This document shows positions 20,170 to 33,700 of a stretch of DNA of 64,000 nt, one piece after another. The DNA comes from Diplonema japonicum. Its lineage: Eukaryota > Protista > Euglenozoa: Diplonemea. The stretch lies in contig OZ025658.1 of NCBI GenBank assembly GCA_964019335.1, positions 744,001-808,000 of the forward strand. The letters are read 5' to 3'. The position numbers and the translations under genes are program-made. The notes beneath the pieces are model-generated. The model was not told where the DNA came from, did no database searches, and was given only the letters and a program-made list of their open reading frames with translations. Positions within the stretch are counted from its first letter, which is position 1. The number at the start of each line of letters is the position of its first letter.

Positions 20170-20794
20170 TCCGGAAAGAGGAAAATATCCGGGAGTTTGC
20201 CACTCCGGCATTTTTCTCCCCCGGAATCTTTTTTAGCTAAGGGACTTATGGGGACGCTATCTCCAGAAGGGAAGAAGGGGTCCGTTATGCAGTTAAGGTC
20301 ATCAACCATCAGCAGGATGGGGTCATCAGGCTCAAGACCTTGGGCATCAATTATGTCCTTGCAGAAAGGGAGGAATACTTCTTGTACCCAGATCTTGAGA
20401 GATTCAGTGTTTGGGGGAAGCCGTAAGGCTCTGGTCTGCAGGGGGTGTGCCACCCTTGGGACAGCACGTGGGCACTGTTGTCCAGATGGGGGGCTCAGTC
20501 CTACTTTTGTATATCAGCTGCGGAGGCGAGCTTTGTCCCAAGAAGGGACAGCAAACCAGCCGGTTATGGCTTTTTTGTCCAAAGGCCACGGAATTTCACA
20601 ACCTTGGCCCCCCGCTTGGTCTTGGTGCCTAATGGCATCATTGGGAGGGCTGCCCAGTCCACGTTCCAAGGAGCTGGGCCTAGTCCCCCCTCCCAAGCCG
20701 AAAGTGCCGGCTGGAGAAAAATATCCGGGCTTTTATCGCTTCCGGGGTTTGTCACTCCGGTAATTTTCCCTTCCGGCATTTTTCTCTCTGGAAT
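20170..20794 (-). mobile_element. Decayed pogo/Tc2-like (DDE_1) DNA transposon fragment between two CCGG-array repeats
   Basis: Minus-strand pieces across frameshifts (~20285-20680): WNVD..LPMMPLGTKTKRGAKVV, DKKAITGWFAV, G...PPQLIYKS.T, NTESLKIWVQEVFLPF, DPILLMVD. These are collinear with DDE_1 transposase motifs. Related arrays at 20170-20228 and 20707-20794. Confidence 0.75.
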
Positions 20795-20987
20795 TGGCAA
20801 GCATCGCAATTGAAAGAACGGCAACACCATGTTGTGTCATCTTCCTATGGTTGCATGCTGCCCTTTTTTTGCTCAAATAATATCAAAATAAAAAAAAATT
20901 CGAACTGCCAAAAAAAAGTGTTGACATATTTTTTCTGGACGAGCTCATATTTTTATTTTTTTTTTTAAACTTCCCCCAACAGTCTTC

Positions 20988-21361
20988 ATGTCGCTCGATG
21001 AGGAAACATCGTTCGCAAAGTTCTACGCAAAAACCTTCTTAACATCGTATGTGGGTGGGCAGAGAACAAAAAAAAAAAAAAAAAAAAAAATGATACAGGC
21101 TTAAAATGTGGGGTAGTGATGTGTACTACTCGTACTGGGGTTGCTTCTTTGATGTGCCTCTTGATGAGCGGTACGAGTCGCTTGGGCAGAGTTATGGGAG
21201 GCGGATTGTGAAGAGGTGGTACGCGGGTCAAGGGCTGTATGTTGAGGGGGGTGAGGGAGGGAAGGGAAGAAAAAAAAAAAAAATACAGATCCGGGTACAA
21301 AAACATAAAATGGTATGATGGTGGGTTGATCCTTCCGACATCCGACAACACGCAATGGTAG
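20988..21361 (+). CDS. Three-exon small protein, 89 aa (exons 20988-21046, 21099-21236, 21289-21361)
   Basis: Two 52-nt GTATGT...TACAG phase-2 introns. The spliced 270 nt give MSLDEETSFAKFYAKTFLTSLKMWGSDVYYSYWGCFFDVPLDERYESLGQSYGRRIVKRWYAGQGLSGYKNIKWYDGGLILPTSDNTQW*. Preceded by a T-rich tract and AACAG ending at 20982. Confidence 0.8.
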
Positions 21362-21501
21362 CAAAAAAAAAAAAAAAATGTGTACTTTCTCTTGTCCCCC
21401 CTCCATTTTTTTTATCAACGGAACAAAAAAAAAAACAAAAAAAAGTGTTTTTACTAAGGTGGGGAGGGGGTATTCCGTTTATATGTAAAATATGTTCTTT
21501 T

Positions 21502-21552
<51 letters not shown>

Positions 21553-21794
21553 TTGAGTGTTTTTCTGTTCTCTCCCCCCCCCCCCCCCCACCATTTTTTG
21601 TTCTTTTTGGTAGAGTGTTTTTTTCTTTTTTGGTATCTTTTCTTCCCATCTACAACCACGATTATCTATTTTTTTTTTAAAAGCCGCGTCCTGTGTCAAA
21701 ATCTACAATTTCCACAAACAGATTCAAAAAAAAAAAAGAAAAGAAAAAAAAAAGGACACGTGCCCAGCTAAGGAGTACGCACTGCTCCTGAGAA

Positions 21795-24700
21795 ATGCAT
21801 CGCACGATGATGTTGCTGTCGCTAGCGGCATCGTGCCACGGCACCTTCTATAACCAAGGGGTACCAGTGACGCCCTTCCCCAACGTGAGGTGTTCTGACA
21901 TCAGCTTCGCAGGGTGCAGCTGCAGCACCAAGATCAGCGGCTCTGTGGTGGACGTGGAAGACGGATTCGACCGTGCCACTGACACGCTCACCTGCGGCGC
22001 GTGTGCTGGGCTGGGGATCACCTCCAACTTCGACACCACAACAGGCATCTTGCAGATGTCAGGTGACAACACCATCGACGAGTACGCACAGGCCATCGCC
22101 AGCGTCACCTTCACGTCAACATCGCGAGCTGGAACCTCGCGACGCCTGACGTACAACTACGGCCATGCCATGTACTCCACACACACGGGGCACTTCTACG
22201 AGTACTACCCGAAAAACAACGTGAACTGCAACACGGGGGGCTTCTGCCACTGGGACGACGCGCAGTCTGAGTGCGCCGACAGATCAAGGGACATCCTCGG
22301 CCTTGCTGGCTACCTTGTCACCATCACCTCGCAGGACGAACAGGACGTCACCTCGGCGAAGCTGCACGGGGAGGGTTGGATCGGTTCTGCCGACATCGCG
22401 ATGGAGGGTGAGTGGCGCTGGTTAACGGGCCCCGAAGGATGCCCCCCCTACAACCTCGCGCTGTCAGGGGCTGCAAGGACCGCATGCGACATGGGCTACC
22501 CCCTTCCTGAGAACAAGAACCCGTGCACGGGCCCCGACTGCGGACGGGGACAACTCATTGGGACCGGAAGAGGATCAAGCTTCACGACGGCCTCGGGTGC
22601 CTACGAGAACTGGGAGTCTGGTGAACCGAACGAGTACTCGAACGACTGCTCACCCGCAACATGCCAGACGACAGGTGAAGACTACGGGCACTACTATGGG
22701 AACGGAAAGTGGAACGACTACCCGAACGGGCACAACCGCATCGAGGGCTACGTGTGCGAGTGGGGCGGTGTGGGGGATCTCTGCATGGACAAAGACGACG
22801 TGTTTGGGTCGCAACTTCTAGTGGCTGGGTGCAGTTCCTACACGAACCAGGGTGCGTGCGAGTCTCGTCTCCCTGACGGCTCTTGCAAGTGGGACACGAC
22901 GCAGAGGCCCGCAAAGTGCGTGGAGACCGGGTGCCACAGGTACGGCGATGAGGCGGCTTGCGAGGGTGACGTGACGTGCGATTGGGACACGACGATGAGC
23001 CCGCCCGAGTGTGTGGACAACTACTGCGCGGTGACGCACCTTACAACGCAAGACTGCAACGCAGACAACACTGCGGAAGGCCCGTGCTACTGGAACACGA
23101 ACCTTGTGGGCGACAAGAAGTGCCAGACCCTCGTGTGTGCTGACGTGTCTGATAAGTGCAAGTGCATCCAGTCGTCGCCACAGTGCCAGTGGGACGCATC
23201 CGGTGGGGGCAGCTGCTACAACCCTGCGCTCACAACGAAAACCGCCGTCGTCTGCAGGGATGTGACCACGGAAGCCGAATGCATGGCTGACACCACCTGT
23301 ATCTGGGACTCCTCGAAAACGCCGTTGTGCCAACTTTCCGTGTGCTACTCTCTTTGCACTCAGCGGACCTGTGTCGCGAGGGCTGGGTGCACTTGGGATG
23401 GAACTGACTGTCGCCGGGAGCCTCCTGGCTGTGCTGCACACACAGACGCCGTTTCGTGCAAGCAAGACGAGAAGTGCCTGTGGAACGTGATATGGAGCAG
23501 TGCCAACACGTGCGTGGAGAACCCATGCAGGACCCACACCGACCAGCAGTCGTGCACCTCCGTCGTAGAAGAGATGCCCTCCCCATGCACGCCACGCGCT
23601 GTGAACCCCGACTACTGTTCCCTCAACGTGTGCGACTTCGACCCCTTGGGTACGCCCATCTGCTTCCCAAAGAAATGCTTGCAGACCTCCCAGGGGAACT
23701 GTGTGGCTGAGTCAGGGTGCCAGTGGGTACCCATACAAACCCCTCCCCCTGCAGGCCCTCCGTCAACTCTCGTTGCATACTGTACGACCGAGAAGTGCAA
23801 GCACTCCACATTGCAACTCTGCAACAACGATCCGTACTGTCTGTGGGACGACCAGAAGACCACCTGCGTGGAGACACCCTGTGCCAAACACCCCGACGAA
23901 CTCACGTGCAACCACGACAAAGTGTGCCACTGGGATGCTTCACGCAGCTCTGCGGTCTGCTCACCTACGGAGTGCGGTGTGTACGCGACAAAGGGGAAGT
24001 GCAAGGCGGACACGAAATGCACGTGGGACGACTCGAACCCCGCTTATTGCACAGCCGTCACCTGCGAGGGGTACAACGTGCCAAGCCCGAAGGACAAGTG
24101 CGGGTGCGTGGCGAACCCCGAGTGCTCGTGGGTTGTGGACACGACTGGCTCCGGCACCATCAACAACCACTGTGCAAAGACCTCGTACTCCACGTGCCCC
24201 GACCTGGACGTTGCCTTTGTGATCGACGGGTCGGGCTCCATGTCGGGGAACTTTCAAACTAACCACCCGCACGGCTTCAACGCGTTGATGGAGACCCTGA
24301 GGGACTGGGTGAAGACGCTCCCCCTCACAGGGGAGGACCATACTGTTGGTGGCGCGTCGACCGTGAGGGGCGGTGGTTTCCGTGTCACCTTCATCCAGTT
24401 CTCGAGGGCTGAGGCTACACCTGCGATGGACCACCCCACGAACTGCGCAGTGGGCCAGTGCACGAACGGTCTCCTTTCCGGAAACCTGAACGAGCTGATG
24501 GGCGACGTCGACTGGCATGAGGCAAACTACCAGGCGGAGTGGACGTACCTCCACGACGCCCTTCTGGACGTGGCGGATTACACCTTCCTCCCGAGTCAGT
24601 CCCCCTCTCACAGGAAGCATGTGGTGGTGATCATCGCCGACAGCGGCCTCACCGACTACGACGGCGACGCGTGCACAAGCACCTCCTGCGGGCAGTGCCC

Positions 24701-27700
24701 CTCAGGCTGCGACCCCAGGTGGAAGCGCACCTACCCTGGAATGCTGGATGACGCGCAGCAAAAGCTTCGCGATGAGGACGTGGTGGTGTTCGGGATCGTA
24801 ATGAGGAAAAAAGCCCAGAAAAGCTTTCAGGACGACAACGCGGGGGCAAAGCTGAAGCCGCTAGTGACGGACCCTAAAGACAGCCACTTCATGAACCTCG
24901 TGCTGGACGACATTCCTGGGGTGTTGGAACACTTCTGCGACCCCACCTCAACGTTCGGAAGGGCCCTGATCCCTCCTACGGACGTGACCCACTACCAGTG
25001 CGCGACTTGGGGTTTCAAGGACGAGTGCAACGCTGACTCCCTATGCGAGTGGAAGATCCCTAAGCTGGTGACCTGTGCTTCTGCGACTGGGTGCCCCGAG
25101 CTGAACTGCCAGGGGATCCCTCAGCAGTACAAGAGTCTTTACGGATGTAGCAAGTGCAAGTTGCAGAGAGCAACGATCGTCTGCGGTGCTTCAGTGCGAC
25201 CGTCGATCGACGGGACGTGCGGGGAGACTCACTGCGCGAAGTGCTGCGACAAGGCGTGTTGTGACGCAGACTCTGGATGCAGCTGGAAGACCCCGGACGA
25301 CACATGTGAGAGGAAGGTTTGCGAGCACGGCGACCAGAACACATGCGAGAACGATCCTGACCTGCTGTGCAAGTGGGACGGCAGCAAGTGCGACTTGAAG
25401 CCCTGCGGCTCTATTTACGTGAAAGAGAAGTGTCTAAATAGCACAAACAACTGCCAGTGGGACACTTCTTTCGATCCCCCCATCTGCAAACAACTCCCCA
25501 CCTGTGGAACGAAAACCAACCCCGATGTGTGCAACAACGATGCAAACTGCGAGTGGGACTGCACTGCCACCACCTGCAGAGACACGAGGTGTGCGTATCC
25601 GGACCTTGGAACCTGTTCCGTGGACTCCGATTGTGAGTGGCTGGGGACCATGTGCAAAGAGAAGAAGTGCACGCTAGCGAAGACACAGGCGGACTGCAAG
25701 GACTGCGACAACTGTATCTGGGATGGCGCAACGTCGACCTGCTCCGAGGACAAGTGTGACCCCCTGAACCAAGCTGACTGTGGGACCAGCGATGTGTGCC
25801 ACTGGGATGGCAACAAGTGTGAGACAGATTATTGCCCGCAATACAAGGACAACGAAGCAAAATGCAACCACAATCCAAGGTGCCACTGGGACTCGCTTCT
25901 TCTATCCTGCCAGCCCACTAGTTGCACAAAGAACCACAACACACAGTTCCCTGGCCTCGGGGATGCACCGACGAAGAAGGGGACCATCAATGATGTTGAG
26001 TGCGCGAGCGACCCTGTCTGCAAGACAGGGACGGACTCTATGGGCCGGTACTGCGCACCTGTGACTTGCTCCGACCATACGAGGAACTGCGACTGTATTG
26101 CGGATCCAAGCTGTTACTGGGACCCCACTGTGACACCTCCCGCGCAAAAGTGCAAAGACAACAAAGTGTCAAACTGCCCCGACCTCGATGTAGTTTTCGT
26201 GCTAGATGGCTCTGGATCCATGTCATGGCCGTTCGGGACGCACCCCCACGGCTACGAAGCGATGCTCGAGATGCTGAGGGATTGGGTGAGGACGCTGCCC
26301 CTCACCGGTGAGGACAACACAGTCGGGATTAACTCGATGGTGAAGGGAGGGACCTTCCGTGTCGCCTTTGTACAGTTCTCGTTCGTGGACGAGTACTGGG
26401 TGTGCAAGAACGGAGCAGACGGTTGCGACAGCCAGAAACACTCAGAGTGCACCATGCCCAGGCTCCCTGCGGGGAAGACCTGTTCGAACGGGCAACTCAC
26501 CGGTGACTTGACTGAGCTGGAGAACGACCTTGACTGGCATGAGGCCAACTATATGGGCTCCGTCACCTACATGGCGGCAGCCCTCGAGGATGCAGTCGAT
26601 ATATTCCACGGCTCGCCTGCGCACCGTGCGCACGTCCTCGTCATCATCACGGACGGGCAGATGAACCCCTTGGAGCCGCAGAGGAGCACAGAGATCCCTC
26701 CGATCAAGCAAAAGCTAAACGCTGAGGGTGTCGTGACCTTCGGTGTGGTTGTGAGGAAGGGTAAGGACCCATCGGGAGACGACGCCAAGGCTGAGCAGAC
26801 ATTGAGGCCGGTGACCTCCGACTCGCACGATGACCACTTCGTGAACGTGCAGCTGGAGAACATGCTTGAAGAAGTGTTCAACGACTTCTGCGACCCTGCA
26901 GGGAGGTTTGGAAAGGCCATTCAGCAGGTTCTGAACCAGAATAGTGCGAACAACACAGCACCCCCTTCTCAGTCCGGTGCCGTCCCTTGCTCGAAGTGGG
27001 GTGTGAAGCTTGAGTGCAGGTCCGACCAGGCGTGTGACTGGAAGGCCCCTCCTCCCACCTCGTGCCCCGGCAAGGGGTGCACGAACCTGAACTGTCTTGA
27101 ACTTCCTGCTGCGCAAACTTCTGTAGGGATGACTTGCACGAACTGCAAGCTGTCTGAAGGTGCGATCTCTTGCACTGTTGGGTCAAGCAACCCCGTGGGG
27201 AGTGGCTACTGCGGTGCTACTGTTTGTGAAGAACACTGTGAGGAGGTTCCTTGCGAGCAGGACACGGCGAATGACTGTTTCTGGGACACCGACAAGTGCC
27301 AGAGGAAGGTGTGCAGCTATGTTGACAAGACTCTGTGTGAAGGGGACCCTGACAACATGTGCATGTGGGACACGGCCGCTTCCCCAGCAACCTGTGTCCC
27401 CAAGAAGTGCCTGCACTTTACATGGGGCACCTGTGACGCAGACAGCGGCTGCCAGTGGGACGCCTCCACACAGACTTGCAAAGAGAAAGACCCCGATTGC
27501 AGCACAATCGGCGACAAACTCGACTGCTTGAACCACGTGAGCAGAGCCTGCGACTGGAAGTGTGACGACGGCTGTGTTCAAAAGGTGTGCGACCAGACTA
27601 CCCGAGCCACCTGTGAAGGCAGTACTGACGCCTGCGAATGGAGTGCAGGGGCGATGAAGTGCCGCAGACAGCGCTGCAGAGTTTCCACGGAGAATGCGTG

Positions 27701-30700
27701 CATCTCCGATAGCGCCTGCAAGTGGACTGCTGCGACCTCTAGCTGCGCTGAGTCGAAGTGCTATCGGTACGCCACAGAGGCAACCTGCGACCACGACACG
27801 GACTGCCACTGGGACATCACAGGATGCGATGGTTGCAAAGAGAAGTACTGTTTTAAGTCCTTCATCGACGCTACGAGCTGCAACGCCGATCCCAAGGGAA
27901 TGTGCATGTGGGACCCCGCAACGAACGGCAATAAGTGCGTGGACAAGACCTGCGACTCGTACAACGATCCCGCGATGGGACCCGACAGGATGTGCGACTG
28001 CCAGGCAGACTCCAGGTGCGTGGCAGACCGCTCCGTGCCCACAGCGCCCATGTGCAGGGACCAGCATTTCACACAGTGCCCCGACCTGGATGTGGTGGTG
28101 GCGCTTGACGGGTCGACCTCGATGAACAGACAGTTCGGGACGCACCCGAACGGCTTCGAAGGGCTTGTAGAAGCCCTCAGGGATTGGGTACAGGCGCTCC
28201 CCCTAACTGGGGAAGCTGCCGGCGTGACCTCGACTGACAAAAACGGTAGGGTGAGAGTTGCATTCAGCGAGTGGGACAAGGGGGTAAGGTTGGCCGAGTG
28301 CCCGACGTGCGCGTGCAGCCCTGTCGTCGTCTCGCCTGGCGATGGTACCCCGACCATGAGCAGCATGAACACACGGGGAGCGAATCGTTTTGCTGACAAC
28401 TGTGGGAAGCTAAGCGGCGACAAGACACAGCTCCTCGCGGACCTGGACTGGCACGAGGGTGTGAACCGCAGGCCACAGACCTTAGTGAAAGAGGCGGAAG
28501 AGTTCGCGGGAGAGACTTTCAGAGAGTCCCCCGTTTACAGGAAGAAGATTCTCCTGATCTTCACAGATGGTCGGATTCAGGACACGAGTTCGCTGGGACC
28601 CGCTGGTGCTGTGCTCGCAGCGGAGGGCGTACAGACTTTTGGGATCGTTCTGACGAAGGGACTACCTAGACGCACGGACCAGCAGAACCTTGACACCCTG
28701 AAGAAGATTGTGACCGACCCGAAAGACAGCCACGCCCTGATGATGCAGATCGATGATGCACACCAGGTGCTCAACGACTTCTGCAACCCAAACAGCGTGT
28801 TTGGCGCCCTCATCACCAGCGGCTCAAGCGGGAACTCCAACACGGAACCCCCTTGCGATACCATCCAGAGCTTCCCGGACTGCACGGCACGCGCGACCTG
28901 CCAGTGGAACTCTTTCACGGGGGCATGTGAGGACCACTCCTGCTTCAGGCACTGCGGGGAGACAGACTGTGTTGCCGATACGACAAACCAATGCAAATTT
29001 AACGTCGGGGCCCTGCAGTGCACGAAGACCGTGTGCAAGGACCGCGCTGTCCAGCAGGACTGCCTCGACAGCGGCTGCCAATGGAATGCTGCTCAGGACC
29101 CAAAGTGTCAGGAGGGACCTTGCCTGGCTGTTGACCAAGCAGCATGCAGCATCCACGGGAGGCAGTGCACCTGGGATACAACAATCCAGCCCAACGCGAA
29201 GTGCGTAGAGACCCCCTGCTACTATGGCAACCAGACGACGTGCGAGACCGACAGCGACTGCGAGTGGGACGGCGCGTGTGCGGACTCTACTGACCAGAAG
29301 TGCATGCCGAAGAGGTGTTCTCTGCCCGACCACCAGACTCAGGCAGGGTGTGTAGGGGACACTTGGTGCGTATGGACGAGCTCTCTCACCTGTGAGCTCG
29401 GAAAGTGTGCAAAGTATCCGACTGAAAAGTGCTGCAACCACGATGATGGTTGCCACTGGGACAACGCTGACCCCCCGGTGTGTGGAGAGAAGTACTGCCC
29501 CAAGACGTACCCGATACTGGCCGGGAAGGACCAGTGTGACGCGGACAGCAAGTGCATGTGGGACTCCGGGAAATTGGCGTGTGTGGAAGAGGACTGCAGC
29601 AAGCTGGACAAGTGCCCGTGCAGGGCGCACCCTGATTGCTTCTGGGATGCCGCTCATAACAAGTGCACAGATACAAAGTACGGGGAGTGCCCCACGATGG
29701 ACGTGATAATGCTGATGGACGGGTCTGGGTCCATGAGCCGCGAATTCGATACGAACCACCCACACGGCTTCTATGGGTTGGTCGAAATCCTGAGGGACTG
29801 GGCAAAGACTCTCCCCCTCACAGGAGAGAAGGCCGGGACGAACACAGGTCAGGGCCCAGCAGCTGGCGGCCTCAGACTTGGCTTTGTGCAGTTCTCAGGG
29901 AGAAACCCCTCGTGGAGCAGAACGAGATCTGAGGCCATCAAGACTCCTGCGGGTGTTGGGGCGAGCGGGCACCTGTCCGGTGACCTTGCTGAGATCAGCG
30001 CCGACCTTGACTGGCACGAGCACAACTACATGGGGGATGGCACGATGATCGAGAAGGGGTTGACAATGGTGGGTGACATGTTCGACGTCGCGCACCAGCA
30101 CGCTGTCCGTCCCAGGATCCTCATCATCTTCACGGATGGAGAAATCTTCGACCCGGGTTCCCTAGGTAATGCAAGGAGGGTGCTAGACAACGAGGACGTG
30201 CAGACCTTCGGTGTCGTCATCAGAAAGAGGCCAGGATGGTCAAAGAATGATCCCGCTGAGGCGACCTTGAAGCCCATCACCTCCGACCCGCACGTCGACC
30301 ACTTCCAGAACCTCATGCTGGACGACATCTCGAATGTGTTGGGTGACATCTGCGACCCGAAAGGGAAGTTCGGGAAGTTCATTGTGAATCCCACCTCGGC
30401 TCAGGCTGGGGTTCACGCCCCGTGCCCCAATCACGCTGACTCGCACCTCTGTAACGCCGACCCCGGGTGCGAGTGGCACGCTGCTGGAAACGAGTGCCAA
30501 GATTCTCCATGCATTGCACACTGCGACGAGCAGTCGTGCGTGCAGGACGTCGCAAACCTGTGTACGTGGAACGGTACGGAGTGCTGGAAGGAGACGAAGT
30601 GCGCGTACACGGACCGTACAGAGTGTGTGAGCTCCCCGGACCTCTGCGCGTGGGTGAACGGGGGGTGCGTGTTGCCTCCGTGCACCCCTAACAAGAACCA

Positions 30701-33700
30701 AGCAGACTGCAACGCTGATAGAGATGGCTGTGCCTGGGTGAAGCAGAACGGGCAGGACGTTTGCATCGTGGAGCCCTGTTCCTCTTCCCACAGATCGGTT
30801 TGTCTTGCTGACCCGTCTTGCAAGTGGGACTACCCTCTTTGTGGAAACACAACGCAGCTGCAGTGCATGCCCAAAGGGTGTGACTACTTCGCTGTGAAGG
30901 GAGACTGTGATGCCGACGTGCACTGCGTGTGGGACACCGCGGCCTCTACCTGCAAGGACAGGGTATGCGCGCAGCTCAGGGACGAAAGGTGCTGCGACAA
31001 GGACCCGATGTGCAAGTGGGACGTGACCACGGACCCTTCGGTCTGCGCGCAGAAGAAGTGCCCGGCGATCCAGGCGCAGCAGAAGTGCAACGAGCAGAGC
31101 GACTGCATGTGGAACTCGACGGCAAACCCCCCTACGGGGGCTTGCATAGACCTTGACTGCAGCACGTTCCCCGCCATGTGCCCGTGCAACGAACACGACA
31201 AGTGCTACTGGAAACCCGGTGCAGGTTTCGCTGGCACCGGTGCCTGTGTAGCGGTTGAGTTCGGTGAGTGCCCCACTCTTGACATCGTCCTGGTGCTGGA
31301 TGGGTCGGGCTCCATGTCCTGGAACTTCAGGCCTCGCCACGGCTTCACCGCTCTGATGGAGATGATGAGGGACTGGATCGAGACCCTGCCTTTGAACGGA
31401 GAAGCCGCCTCCGTCGGAATCAACTCGCAGAAAGACAATGGCGGTGTGCGGGTAGGAATGGTCCAGTTCTCCGGTTACAACAGTCAGACGAATACGGCAC
31501 GGAAGACTCCTGGAGGGGTAGGGACAGGGGGAAGGATCTCCGGCGCCCTACAAGAATTGGAGAACGACGTGGACTGGCACGAGGACAACTACATGGGTCA
31601 GGGAACTATGCTCGAGCAGGGTTTAACGATGGCGGCTGACATGTTCCACGCTTCTCCGGTAGACGGGAGACAGAGAGTGCTTTTCATCTTCACAGATGGG
31701 CAAATTTCCGACCCGAATTCCCTCTCCAGAGCAAGGGCAGAGCTCAACAGGGAGGGCGTGCAAGTGTTTGGTATCGTGTTGTCGACAGGACAAACCGCGA
31801 AGGCAGAGGCGACTCTGAAGCCCATCACCTCCTTGAAGCACGAGGACCACCTGAAGACCGTCGAGATCGACGAGGTGCCTGACCTCATGAGCGGGATCTG
31901 CAACCCCCATGGCCTTTGGGGTCACCTGATCGTGAAGGACCCCCCGCAGGCGTCCTCGGGTGTGCACCTCCCGTGCCCGGACTACCAGACCCACGGTACC
32001 TGCAAGAAGGACCCCGGCTGCATCTGGTCTGACGTCGGTTCCGCGTGCCTGAACTCTCCTTGTTTGTTGCACTGCAATGATTCCGCGTGTCAAGGCGACC
32101 CAACCAACAACTGCACTTGGGTAAACGGCAGCATCTGCACGAACGCTCCCGACCTGACCTGTGACTGTGCCTACACCACCGGTGACCCCATTTACAACGA
32201 GGAGAAGTGCAAGGCCGATACCATGTGCGTGTGGGATGCTGTGAACGGCGTGTGCCAGCACGACGAGTGTGCGTCGGGTCAACCGGGCAACCTCACTTGC
32301 GGTGCAGTAAACCAGATCTGCGTGGACCCCACACCTGCACCATGTACGGACGACTGGTACTGCGCCTGTGCGCCACCCGCGACACGGGACCCGGGGACAC
32401 ATGCGGGACAGGCAGCAGCTGTGTGCGTTCTTGATGAGTGCGCTGTTGACTGCCCCACCTGTGCCGGGGCAACCTGCAGTGACAAAGGTCAAGACTGTGT
32501 CGACCGGACCCCCACCGTCCCCGGAATGGGGGACTGGGTGTGCAAGTGCAAGCCTCCCTACGGTAATGAAGCGCGGGGAAACGCTGCTGTTTGCCAGATC
32601 GACGAGTGCGTGGACCAGACTTGTGCTACTTGTGCTAAGAGCACTTGCAGCGACAAGAACCAGACTTGCCACGACCCGGACACTACAGTGTTGAGCAACT
32701 GGAGGTGCCACTGCCCCTCGCCCTCGAACAGTAGCACTAAGACCGACGCAGTGTTCAGCTGCGATTTCGATGAGTGTACCGTCCACAAAGAAACCTGCGA
32801 AAACGCGGATCAGACCTGCCGCGACCCTGACCAGGCTGTGAGTGGGGACTGGATGTGTGACTGCAAGCTGCCTTCTAACGGCACGGCCAATGCACAGGTT
32901 GCTTGGTGTGAGCTCGACGAATGTGCGATGACCTGTCCCACCTGCGCGAATACTACTTGCACGGACGAGAACCAACTTTGTAGTGACACAAACAAAGCGG
33001 CTCACTCGACAGGAAACTGGATTTGCATCTGTCGGGACCCATTCAGTGGTCATGCAGATGTCGCTGCGGCGGTTTGCGAACTGGATGAGTGCTCGGCCCT
33101 GTGCACTGGGGCCACTTGTGCCAACACAACCTGCTCGGATGCGAACCAGACCTGCCATGATCCCCACTTCACGATACTGGGCGACTGGGCATGCAACTGC
33201 CCACGACCCTCGAAGCAGCAGCCCTCGAAGCTGAAGCCGGCGACGGGGTGTGAAGTGGACGAGTGCGACCTCCACAAGGCCGTGTGCGAGAACCAGGGCC
33301 AGAGCTGCGAAGACCTCGACCAGCTGGTCGCAGACAACTGGATCTGCAAGTGTGTTTCCCCCATGAACGGGACTGCCGAAGCACGGGCCGCGGACTGCAC
33401 GATCGACGAGTGTGTGGCAAGCTGTCTCACTTGTGCGAACGACACCTGCAGTAGCAAGGGCCAGACCTGCAAGGATGACCATATCTCGATACACTCCACC
33501 GCCGACTGGGAATGCAGGTGTCCATCCCCTTACTCTGGGAAGGGTCATGCAAACTCTGCCACCTGCCTTCTCGACGAATGCTCTGTGAACTGCACTGGTC
33601 CAACGTGTGCGGGTACTACTTGCAGCGACAGTAACCAGACCTGTCACGACCCGGAAACGTCGATACTGAGAAATTGGCAATGCAGCTGCCTGTCTCCGTC

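Noticed and set aside
19881-20813. ORFs 19990-20763 (+), 20445-20813 (+) and 19881-20453 (-) as real genes
   Set aside because: Better explained by the transposase remnant and by overlap with the spliced 19573 gene.
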